From contig JAQFVV010000006.1 of NCBI GenBank assembly GCA_028023455.1, positions 15,004,001-15,068,000 of the forward strand: a stretch of 64,000 nt of DNA. The letters run 5' to 3'. The notes under the pieces are model-generated. The model saw only the letters and a list, made by a program, of their open reading frames with translations, did no database searches and was not told the origin of the DNA. This document shows, piece by piece, positions 1-10,419 of the stretch; the stretch's first letter is position 1, and each line of letters opens with the position of its first letter. The position numbers were made by a program, and so were the translations under genes. The DNA comes from Epiperipatus broadwayi. Its lineage: Eukaryota; Animalia; Onychophora.

Positions 1-267
1 AGTAAATATGATTGTTATTCAGTTAAATCTTAATTTATGTGTATGTATACATTGTAAATAAATATATTTAATCATTATTAATAATGTTTTGGGAATTTAT
101 AATTTTGTGGTAATTGTTGGTAATCAGCTCATAGCTGAATACACAATATATATATATATATAATCATCAGAGATGAATCTTCCATGTATTGAACGGAATG
201 AGTGCTTTCCTAGAAAAATTCATTAAAACTTTCAAAAGCTTTAATTAAAGTTCAATATAAAAAATTC

Positions 268-665
268 ACTTTCAATTTTTTTTACCAACAGTTGAATTGT
301 TTTTATGTACAAAGAATGAGTTTGGCCAATGCATTATTGGTTGATTATAAGAAGTTCAAACAATGCTAAAATCTAATTTACATATAAAACTTGAGAATAT
401 TAAGAGCATTTGAAGATAAAAATATATTATTGATAATATATTGTCTATATTTAAACTAATCTCAGTTTGATTAACATAAAAAAAGAAGAATGAACAATTT
501 AAACTCATTATATTTTGTATGGAATTTCTATCAACTTTCATTTTTTTTACCGACAATTGAATTGTTTTTATATATGGCAAAGAATGAATTTGACCAACAC
601 ACTATTAGCTCATTTTGTATTATCTATATTTAAACTAATCATGGTCTGACTAACAGATAAAAGAG
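268..665. repeat. Diverged local tandem duplication, period about 265 bp
   Basis: actttca-T-run-accaacagttgaattgttttt...aaagaatgagtttggccaa at about 268-330 recurs at about 534-600; tctatatttaaactaatc recurs at about 443 and 623. Confidence 0.5.
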
Positions 666-1506
666 TTCCAGATTTTTCTAGATGTATATAATATTTATAT
701 ATTAGCTATTACATAAAAATTGTTGCAGTAAGTAAAATAAGAACACGATGTACTTCTAGATGGACTTTGTGGCCGAGCAATTTCCATCACTGAAGGTGAC
801 AAAGTGGAATGTAGGCCATCATCTTATTATTATTTTCTATGCCATAAGGTCAGATTATATAAATGACTATATTACATTATATAAGTATAATAGTGTTAGG
901 CTTAATTTAGTTTAATAGATATTTAAGTTGCATCTAGAGACAGATTTCACTAGGGAGGAAAGGTGTATTCAGTTGGGTCAAATTAATAATACATTATGAA
1001 ATATACCTCCATCTGTACCTCTATGATTAGTTTATTACTTTGATAAGATGAATCTTTTAAATTCAATTTATAATTCTAATTGTGCAAGTCATAATCAATA
1101 TTTAATCAATATAAAACAATCAAAAATATCATAATAAACGAACACAGAGCAGTGAGTTATTATTCTTAATACAATAAGATTTTAAAAAGCAGGCAAAATA
1201 AGATAAATAAACCTTATCTAGGTTTATTAAGTTGAATATATGGATTATAATATCTTCACCAAAGAATTATAAAATTAAATATAATAAAATGAAATTTTGA
1301 GAAGTAAAACAGATAAAAATATAGGCACAACCGCTGTATAAAATAGAAAATAGATTTTAAATAAACAAACGGTTATAATTATTCTATTTTAGAATAAGTA
1401 AATTTACAGGATGGCTCGGTTGGTTAGAGCGTTACCTTAAATTTCAATAATCAATAATCTAAGGACCCAGGTTCGAATCCCATGCTAGTACTGTCACTGG
1501 TCAGGC

Positions 1507-1559
1507 CAGCAACACCTGAAGAAGAGGGGAGAAAAATATCTCTCGAAACGTTGTGCGTA
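1507..1559 (+). ncRNA. Hammerhead ribozyme-like core, type I (family F copy 1)
   Basis: CTGAAGA (1516-1522), extra A, stem II GAGGG/CTCTC, GAAA (1545-1548), stem III ACG-ttgtg-CGT, then A (GUA triplet). The 3' strand of stem I does not directly follow the triplet, so the fold is incomplete. Confidence 0.55.
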
Positions 1560-1702
1560 TACTAACCTGTTTGCTGTGATATTACTAACAGTTAGTGCAT
1601 ATACTAACCTGTTTGCTGTGATATTATTAACATTTTTTTGTTGTGATATTACTAACAGTTGGTGCATATACTAACCTGTTTTCTGTGATATTACTAACAG
1701 TT
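1554..1702 (+). repeat. About 42-bp tandem repeat, 3-4 copies, inside the family F solo copy
   Basis: Unit gtgcatatactaacctgtttgctgtgatattactaacagtt; single-copy in the other family F copies. Confidence 0.85.
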
Positions 1703-2992
1703 GAATACATTTGGAATATTTAACTAAAAATTAAACTTTTCTAAAGACATTCAACACACATATTAGATGATGGAAATAGTCCAATATAAAAATAAAGTAA
1801 ATTTACAGTTTACAAATGTAATCATAGGCAAGATTTATAATAGGGTTCATATTTATTTTAGACAAGCAATCAAAGAGTTAAATTTTGAATGTTCATTTTA
1901 AATTATAAGCTATAGCTTTAAAGACTAAGGTTTAAAGCACATTTAGAGCTGTCTGCAGTGTTTTGAGGAGTTGTTACTTGACTTCTCATCTCCATCAGAA
2001 CTTCTGGATGGTGGATGGTAGAAAATATTGATCTACGGATAGGCAACATAGTTTTAGTTGTGATCTCCTTGCAGCAGGCCATTGATAGGAACATCTCCCA
2101 TCTCCATGATATTGATGATACACCATTTTGCACATAGGATAGGACTAGAGATCACCATTTCCTACTCTGACATATTAAAATTAAAACCAGCGTGGTGTGT
2201 AGTAGTGATGCCTTTTTTATAATATAAAATTCAGCCTATTTATACTGGGCTGAGATCAACTCATAATTTTAAAAAACAAATTCCATCAGCACATTCGAAT
2301 TTTGATATTTTTAATTACTAAAATAACTTCTATCCTTTGTTTTACTCTTTTAACAGAATATTTTTGGCTAAGTCTGATCATTTCTATCTTCCTAAGATTT
2401 AGCAATACTTCCAGTTGGTTAAATCTTGTTTACAAGAAAAATGTAATTTTAAGAAAATATTGACAAAACCAAAATTTGGACTTCTTCCTCATGCTACACT
2501 GAAATAGGTGGTGTGGGTGATTCTTGTTTACAACTTATTTTAAGTCAAACTTATACATTTTTTGATATGATCGAACAACATGATGCTATATAGGTATGGT
2601 GCTGGACTACACATTATACATGCGATTTTAAGTGTATAAAATATAGTCTTTTAAATTTAAATAAACAATAAATTAAAACATATATGACTTTAGAATAAAT
2701 ATCTCCTGCAATATAGCTATACCAATTATATTACAGACATTATATTCACATGTATGTGTGCGGGGTCACATATATAACCGTGTTAGCATCTTTAGATGGG
2801 ATACTCTTTAAGGGTTTAAACGTGGTACAAATAGAGGTGTAGGGGTAAATAGGTGAAATGTACATAACGAAGGAAATATATTGTTTTAATATTAGCTATT
2901 ATGTAAAAATTGTTGTGGCAATTAAAATAAAAAGATTATGTAGTGTGCTTCCATTCCTAAAAAAGTTACGCTTTGTCGCTGATAAGCATATA

Positions 2993-3972
2993 CACCTGGG
3001 TCTCGTTTTATGCGAATTATTTTAATGCGAGTTTGAAGTTATGCGATTCATATTTCTTCTTAATATCTTTCGTATTTCACTATATTTATTAGATATCAAG
3101 AAATTAAAATTATTAATAACTTATTTTGATTTGAAATACTTTTTTTTTTCAAAAATATATCGTTATCTTAGCAGCTAACGTGAATATGGCCTGAAGCTAT
3201 ATTTAGAACTTAGCTTCTATGTAAATAACCTATTTATATTAATGAGTAAATAATAATAGATTTATACTTACATATACAAATATCGCAATAAATATTCAAA
3301 AAATTTAAACTTTTAAAACGTATTTTGTTATATATAACAGAAATAAATAATCTTTTAGATTTTTTAAAATAAAAAATGAAGATTTTATAAACTGAAAATA
3401 ATCTTTCTAATGATAATGTATAATCTTTTTGTTTTGATTGCAATCTTATTTTTTAATATAGAAACAGGAAACCATTAACACAGCACAAGACTGAAAGTGG
3501 CGCTAGTTGTACATCACATCACAAATAAAAATAAAGTGGCTTAACAGGTTTCTCTGTGCATAATTGCTGAGAGATTCTTGACTTCATTTAAGGAGAAGCC
3601 ACAATACATCACATCACATCGAATCTGATTTCTTACCAGTTTACAAACGAATGCTAGCGGTAATGATTAATAAAATATGTATGAAAAATGTAAAATTAAA
3701 TACTGTAGTAATAAAAAAAAGTAAAAAAAGTTTATCTTGTATTAATATTTTTCAAATATTTGAAATTTTTTATTAGTCATACTTTATTTGCTTATTTTTT
3801 TAATGCTAATTTTAAAGTATTTTTCCCTTGTTGCTTTGCTTTTATGTGAATTCTGAAAATTACTGGAACATATCCCCCATTTTTCAAGGTAAATTAAGTC
3901 TATTTTTGTGCGATTTTTTTAAATGCGGGTTTTCTGTGGAACCTATCTACCGCTTAAAATGAGATCCAGGTG
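2993..3972. mobile_element. Non-autonomous Tc1/mariner(pogo)-type DNA transposon (MITE-like)
   Basis: 22-bp TIRs CACCTGGGTCTCGTTTTATGCG / CACCTGGATCTCATTTTAAGCG (3 mismatches), flanked by TA on both sides (2991-2992, 3973-3974). Confidence 0.75.
3538..3620 (+). mobile_element. LINE/SINE 3' end with (CATCA)n tail, nested in the MITE
   Basis: Aligns to 10125-10210: taacaggttt..gcata.ttgctgag..attcttgacttc.tttaaggagaagcc..atac(atcac)n. Confidence 0.7.
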
Positions 3973-4329
3973 TATATATAACCATTAGAAACCAGTCAAT
4001 ACTTAGACAATACAATATAGATAACAATCAGCAATTTCAAGCTGTTGTCAAGGCAACCTCCTTTTAACAATAAAGGTGGAATTCCCTCACCTTTATTTAT
4101 AGTACCATTTATTTATATAGACACTGCATATATCACTTATAAATGAGCACGACCATGCAAAATTCAAAGAAACAAATAAAAGAAAACTACACTAGAATTG
4201 AGTTCTGCAATGATTATACAAACTAATTTGTGAACCACAAGTACATTCACATGCTCCAATTTTTCTTTGTTTAATATTTTGCGATGCAATCTTTTAATTT
4301 TTTAGCAGAATACTTTTATTTCTGAAATA

Positions 4330-5210
4330 GTTCACAGTGTCTAGTCATAGCTCACCTATATATTCTATTCTTTACCACATCTTCCTAATGGAAACAATCA
4401 AAATAACATGTCTTTCAAATGTCTTTGAGATAATCCTCAATGTAGACAGGATCTACCTCTCCCATCAAAATAATGCTCAAATCACCTTAAAACACCCTTT
4501 TAGGAAGATATGCATCATTCCTTAGTTTTATATGTTTAATTAAATGAAGGTGTGAATGTACAATAATGGACCCTATAATTTCACATCCACCAAGTTGAAG
4601 AATATATTGATTGATTTAAAATCTTGCCATTATATTTTGCAATCTTTAAGGAACATCCTTAAATGAAACTTTTCTAATGCTTTTATCTTGCATTGATAGG
4701 GTGTTCAAGTCTTACATCAAGACATCAATAGAAGTATATATAAAGGAGTTGTAAAGATTACACCACTTATTTCATATTGTTATATAAAGAATAGCTGTTA
4801 CAAACTTGGCAGAATTGCCATTCAGTAGCAAATTCTTTTATTCTCATTAATATAATGCCATCTAGTGTTAGCTTTAGTAATCAATGGATACCATATGGTA
4901 GGCTTAATAAATTCTTATCCAGTATGTCTTGTCCAAATGTCCTCAGATTGGTGTATCCATCAGTAAGGAGGTTTTGAATTTTTTATGAACAATGCATTTG
5001 AATCTTTTGGATTTAATACATCTTTCTATTAGCAGCCATGTTTTATTATTTGTTATTCTATCAAACTACCCACCCAAATTGAAAACCATTAAGCTTACTT
5101 GCTTGCATAGTTATATAGATCTGAAATCAGATCTGTTTCTATATATTATGGTGACCTTAGTTTTTTTAACTAACCTTGGGCACCTTTATTCTTTGGACAG
5201 AATTGGTACA
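4330..5210 (-). pseudogene. Degenerate RTE-clade LINE, RT C-terminal region
   Basis: Minus-strand translation with stops and frameshifts gives KIKALEKFHLRMFLKDCKI*WQDF, DAYLPKRVF*GDL and EDYLKDI*K, which match the RTE post-RT consensus. Confidence 0.65.
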
Positions 5211-6129
5211 CAACTAATAAGACATCACATGACCTACAAGACATCACATGACACTAGATGACACAAAAGTAGTGAGAACAGAAGACTTTGGTAATGAATA
5301 ACAATATGCAAGCTAAGGTCTTGTGATGTCTTGTTGGCTATTGGAATTGCCATTGTTACAATTTTACTTGAACAAAATTTTTAATCAAAAATTCACAGTA
5401 ATAGAGTGTAAAATACCTTACTATATTATAGTAAGTCATGTTATTGAGTGCACACAGGATATGCAAATGAGGAAATGGCCAACAGAAGTGATTTAAGTAT
5501 CCACACATACAGGCCTATATTAAATTTATGGATTCAAACCTATGGAAGATGATGATTTGTATGACTTTTTATGGTGGTTATGCACTGTTGATTTTTATAA
5601 TAATTAGGCTGTTAATATGTTATAAATTGTTTCATAGTTATTTAGACAAAATATTATACCCTTCATAATAAAAATATTGTTTTAACTACAAACTGTCAAG
5701 AGTAAGTCTTATCAGGTCATTGTGCTGATCAGTTCATGATATTTTATGATTTTTGTCATGATAACATTGAGTCGTACAACATGCTTAATAGTGCATTAAT
5801 AAAGAATGTAATCAGATCACCTGAATTAAGAACTATATTGCAGTAAAATGTTTCCAAAATTATTGATAAAGTTTTTTTTTTAATACATTGAAAGTTAAAA
5901 TGGACCTAAAAAGTATCACCATATTTTTAAATCTACGAATAATATTCTTTTATATGATGATAATATTTAAAATATATGGAAAGGTTATTTTGATCACCTT
6001 TTGAGTCATGGTTCAAGAATTGAGAAGTTTTTTTTTAACGATGTATCCAACCTATCTCCTCATTTAGAATACACGTAAAATAGGGCCTTTGTAATCTTGA
6101 AAATCAATAGCTTTGAAACTATTGGAATT

Positions 6130-6340
6130 TTACCTTATTTTAATATTGCTTCCATTGTTCCAATTTATAAAGATAAAGGAACGGACAAGACTGCAATAAT
6201 TATCGTAAAATATCATTGTTATCTGCTATATTTTCAAGAATTTAATTGAATAGATTACCTCCAGAAATAAATGAATACTAGTAAAGTGACTACCTTTTGA
6301 CCAGACAATTTCTGGATATTATTTTTGAAAAAATCCAGAA
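6130..6340 (+). pseudogene. Degenerate LINE RT N-terminal fragment
   Basis: IVPIYKDKG..[frameshift]CNNYRKISLLS..IFSRI*LNRL, the classic non-LTR RT domain 1-2 motif. Confidence 0.65.
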
Positions 6341-6424
6341 TAAAAACTAAACAATTGGGATGCTTTATTGTTATGCCAAGTTACAAAATATTTCACATAT
6401 TCTTGATTTTTATACATATTTAGG

Positions 6425-6691
6425 TCATCATCATCATCAACCATTATCAATCCACTGCAGGATGGTCTCTCCAAGTTTAATCCATCTTTCTCCGATCTTT
6501 AGTTTCTCTTCTCCACATCACCCTTGCACACTTTCTTATTTCATCCATCCATCTCACATGTGGTCCCTTTCTGGGTCTTTTACAATCTCTTGGAATCCAG
6601 TTTAAGATTTCAATTGTCCATCTATTAACATCTCTTCTAGCAACATGTCCAGCCCAACTTCACTTCAATCTTTTAATTTTTTCAATGAGGT
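6425..6691 (-). mobile_element. 5'-truncated RTE LINE 3' end with (GAT)n tail
   Basis: Near-identical to 63324-63594 (WAGHVARRD..RW..ILNWIPRDCKRPRK.PHVRWMDEIRK); 9-bp TSD atatttagg at 6416-6424 and 6692-6700. Confidence 0.9.
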
Positions 6692-7035
6692 ATATTTAGG
6701 CATATGCTGTTATATTAATTTTTAAAGTAGTCAGATTGAATAAAGCAGTTCTGTAAGTCAGTGGAATGTTTATTTATTATTAATTAAACAACTAAATCTA
6801 ATATGTCTAAAATTAAACTAATAGTAAATAAATAAATAAAAATTTTAATAGCGCTTCCACACAGAGAATCGTTATTCTTTACAATGCTACCATTGTTCTA
6901 TGTAAACATCTATCTCCTTTTACGTTTGATATGCTTGAAGATATAAATACAGTAAATTAATTAAAATATTATTCCTTATTTTGTTTTTTGTATTTTATGA
7001 TAATGATAAATAGAATACTTTGAAAAACTACGCAT

Positions 7036-7530
7036 GATCATTGTATTCAAAAATACATACTCATTTCACAGTTCTGGCTGACTTTTTTCCTTGTGAACTA
7101 TTTCCGGTTCTAATTAACGAATGCACGCGAACGTATACATATATGGTTTAAAAGTATCCGCACGTGTAACAAACGTCCTTATTGTTTTAAATGAAAAAAT
7201 GAGACTATGATCATTATGTTCATAAATGAATACTCATTTCATACTTCTGGCTGACCGATTTTTTCCTTGCAAATCATTTCCCACCCTAATTAACGTACGC
7301 ATATGAACATATTTTACATATATGATTTAAAAGTATCAGCACTTGTTATAAACATCCTTATTATTTTAAATGAAAAACTGAGACTATGATCATTATATGC
7401 AAAAATACATACCCATTTCACAGTTCTGGCTGATTAATGTATGCACATATGAACATATTTCACACTCGTGATTTAAAATTATCAGCACTTGTAATAAACA
7501 TCTTTATTATTGTAAATTATAAATTGAGAC
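7036..7530. repeat. Diverged tandem repeat, about 175-bp unit, about 3 copies
   Basis: Recurring tactcatttcacagttctggctga...tttaaaagtatc.gcac.tgt.a.aaac.tccttatt.ttttaaatgaaaaa.tgagactatgatcatt. Confidence 0.8.
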
Positions 7531-7569
7531 AAATGACATGCTACCTAGTATTTCTTTTGGAATACCTTT

Positions 7570-8760
7570 AGAGACAACTGAAAATTAGGGCAGTTCATCA
7601 CTGTGATTACCGGAGACTGTGAGATTTTAGGAAATTATGAGTCATTACGGGCATGGCTTTTGTAACAGGCAAACGCAAAAAAAGTGTCAAGAGCTTCAAA
7701 ATAATTTATATATTGCTTTTTCTGACTTTATAAAGGCATTTGATCCAGTTGATCACACAAGTCAGTGCCAATATTGGAAATTAGTTGGTTGACTGACAAA
7801 ATTTATTCATACCATATAACTTCCATATGGAAGGAGTGTATGATCTACACAAATTCATCTTTTGAATACAGTCTATAAAGTCTTTTAATTCATTAATTAG
7901 TGTTCAAAAAAGCAAGTTCTTTATCAGTTAATGGAGGAAGAAAAGTCTTCAGAAATTTTTAGTTTGAATGGTTATCAAGATTTGTCAAGCATTGGTGGTC
8001 GAGAGGTCAGCGACAGCTGCTTTACAAGCAGTTGTCCCAGGTTAGCCGGTTCGCTTCCCGGCTGATGCTATGACACATGAGAAGAAAAAAAAACTTCAGA
8101 AGATTACACTTAAAAATAAATTAAAACATTTATCCTTTGTCTTATCTAGTAAGTTTTATTTTTTAAAATTGCATTTGAGTTAACCTAGACATACACCTAC
8201 TCAACTGTATGTGCATATATTAGTATCAGCATATAATTAAAATGACTTTAATTGAAAAACAGTGTAAATGTACACACTACTTGGTGGCATTAAGATTAAC
8301 ATTGATACGGTTAAGTAATTTTGGAGATTAAAATAGACAGCAAAAGAAATAAAAATAAATGGAAAATAATTATCTAGATTTTGCAGAGGATGTTATTATT
8401 TTCATAAATAATGTTTTAGAGATGCCTAAAATGTTTTAAGAGTTATCAGATAAAAATAGAAATAAAAATTAAATAGAAAACAGATTAAAATAATTTAAAA
8501 TTATATTTCATTCTAATATTAAGGTTCGATACTAATAAATTAGAAGTCAACAATTATAAATACCTTGGTGAGATGACAATTAATTACAGAATCGAACTTA
8601 GTTCGAATGCTTTTAGCAGTGGAAATTTTAAAACCAATAAGACGTCATATAATTCCTGCTTATATCAAGCTGATAAATTCTCTTTTTCTTTCCTCATTTT
8701 TGGCATCTATTTATTGCTCTTACGTTGCAAAAATGTAGTGAGAGAAAAAGAATTTGCTGC
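7570..8760 (+). pseudogene. Degenerate RTE-clade LINE RT fragments interrupted by a SINE
   Basis: KKCQELQNNLYIAFSDFIKAFDPVDH (about 7680-7757); YLDFAEDVIIFINNVLEMPKMF*EL (about 8372-8445); NYKYLGEMT (about 8550-8578); RIELSSNAF. Confidence 0.7.
7984..8093 (+). mobile_element. tRNA-derived SINE (family G) copy 1
   Basis: GCATTGGTGGTCGAGAGG head, B-box-like GGTTCGCTTCCC, 3' GGCTGATGCTA able to pair with the 5' end, A-rich tail; homologous to 19916-20017 and 30041-30151. Confidence 0.8.
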
Positions 8761-8959
8761 TGAACAGTTTGACGTAAACAGGTGGTATATGGCGTTTTAT
8801 TATGTACTAATCCTGGCTTAAAGATGACTGTAACTATAAAAAATAAAATCATCGTAAAATATATTTTTTGAACTGATTTTGTATCTATGTAATTGTACAG
8901 GCAAAGTATTTGGGATTGAAAATGGTAACTTATTTTTTAAAATTGGGCTAGTAAATTGA

Positions 8960-9110
8960 TAGTAAACCAAAGAAGTGGAAGATGGCTTCTAGAAGAAAGG
9001 TACATTAGATCCAAAAGATACAGATGCACTACTCCCAGATCTAAATGACCCTCAATAGTAGAAGCTATAAGTTATAAACTAGTCTGAGGGTGTTGCATAA
9101 GACAATACCA
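8960..9110 (+). mobile_element. Highly degenerate fragment of HHR family A
   Basis: cattagatcc.aagat..ag.tgca...tc.cagatctaa...ccctca.....aagcta.aag..a.aaactagtctg aligns to 16768-16850. Confidence 0.5.
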
Positions 9111-9269
9111 AATAGAGATGTATTAAGCATCATTATCTGGCATTTACTGAAAGCTTGCCCTAAGTAAGAAAAATGTGGGGAGAAAAAAAAAAGAATTTGC
9201 TGCAATATTAAAAGAAATTATGCCTATTTGTATTGAAATGGTTCTTAAAAAATGAATTCTTCAATGCTT

Positions 9270-9640
9270 ACTTATTAGAAGGGATTTGAACCTACTTATT
9301 AGAGGCAATTTGAACCCAGACTTTCAAGCTCTTTTTAGTCATCCACTCCATCTTATACAACTGACACACCCAACCACATACATGCGAAAAAGATAAATGA
9401 TCTCCAATATATATATTTCGTTGTGAACCAGCACTCATCAGTTGGCCCAGTGCTAGTTTTATATTAAGATAACAAATCTTCAAACTTTAATGGACAGGTT
9501 TGAATCTTCTCTACTCTCCAGCTCTTCACCCATCCATATCATTGAATACTGATCATGTTGCCAATTGATTGTTAATGTTGATTCCTGGTGGTACCCTGTT
9601 TGGTACATGTTGTGTAACCTTTGCTTCTGATACTGATCCT
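9270..9640 (-). mobile_element. Retrozyme-like / PLE-derived repeat, family C copy 1
   Basis: Aligns to 44703-45140 and 54080-54450; carries an HHR at 9404-9445. Confidence 0.75.
9404..9445 (-). ncRNA. Minimal type I hammerhead (family C copy 1)
   Basis: Reverse complement CCAA CTGATGA GTGCTG GTT CACAAC GAAA TATATATA TTGG: stem I CCAA/TTGG, intact core, palindromic stem III, two stem II mismatches. Confidence 0.75.
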
Positions 9641-10093
9641 TGCCTCATTTATTCATCCATATTATTTATGAGTATATATTTGCATCATCACGTGGTACAT
9701 ATTTATTTTATATCATTGCAACATATAACAAAGTTTTTAGCCAAATCGCACTGAAGTGTGTCAATGGCTAAATAAGCAGTCACCCTTATAAATGCGTACA
9801 GAAAACAAACAACCATTCTGTCACTACATACAATTTTATTCCAGAGATTTTGTGATCTTAGAAATTAATATCACCCCAACCCTCATACCTCAACATGGAT
9901 ACTTAATATTTAAATCAGAAAAGTAATTCTATTCACCAGAGAAAGAAAAAAAATTAAAACTTTTGAAAAATGCATATTTACATATGTATTACAAATTTAA
10001 ATAGTACACCAAGCCTATACTGTATCTCATCATTAAGTTTATGTATTGCTTGATTAATCAATTTTGTTTTATATATCTCTATCAATATCCAAT

Positions 10094-10419
10094 ACCAGAG
10101 GGCACCACTAGGCAAATAGCCTGGCTAACAGGTTTATCTGGGCATAGTTGCTGAGATATTCTTGACTTCGTTTAAGGAGAAGCCATAATACATCACATCA
10201 CATCACATCACTAACAGGTTTATCTGGGCATAGTTGCTGAGATATTCTTGACTTCGTTTAAGGAGAAGCCAAATACATCACATCACATCACATCAATATC
10301 TTATCAAGAGAGATCATATGAGAGGGATGGGCTGAGATATTCTTGACTTCGTTTAAGGAGAAGCCAAATACATCACATCACATCACATCAATATCTTATC
10401 AAGAGAGATCATATGAGAG
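10094..10419 (+). mobile_element. Three tandem LINE/SINE 3' ends, each with a (CATCA)n tail
   Basis: Units at 10125-10210, 10211-10293 and 10331-10390 are near-identical; the third also duplicates the downstream flank atatcttatcaagagagatcatatgagag; possible TSD atcaatatc. Confidence 0.8.

Larger units (their letters stand above)
1407..1793 (+). mobile_element. Solo tRNA-headed, HHR-bearing SINE-like element (family F), matching the terminal repeat of the PLE at 28405-29871
   Basis: A-box/D-arm TGGCTCGGTTGGTTAGAGC (1412-1430), B-box GGTTCGAATCC (1470-1480), then CTGAAGA...CGAAAC. The 3' part (gaatacatttggaatatt...ttagatgatggaaatagtccaatataaaaata) aligns with 29602-29866. No PLE ORF lies upstream. 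Confidence 0.8.

Noticed and set aside
1554-1702. CRISPR-like array (also considered for 13021-13295 and 39855-40045)
   Set aside because: Repeats are adjacent with no unique spacers, the context is eukaryotic, and there are no cas genes
1918-2160. Coding-looking segment (71-aa ORF)
   Set aside because: No recognisable motif, other frames are closed, and no convincing splice context
7984-8093. Functional tRNA genes (also 1407-1490, 19916-20017, 29602-29685, 30041-30151)
   Set aside because: Cloverleafs are incomplete or inconsistent between copies, anticodon loops vary, and copies have tails, a TSD or a TE context; better explained as SINE heads
9292-9483. Apparent conserved small protein shared with ORF 54050-54250
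   Set aside because: Similarity follows from family C nucleotide homology; the frame spans the ribozyme and is not kept in the 44.8-kb copy
10094-10135. HDV-like ribozyme 3' half (hairpin CTAGGC-aaata-GCCTGG followed by CTAA)
   Set aside because: No P1, P2 or P3 partners and no correctly placed P1.1 GG found upstream; a full-length parent would be needed to test it
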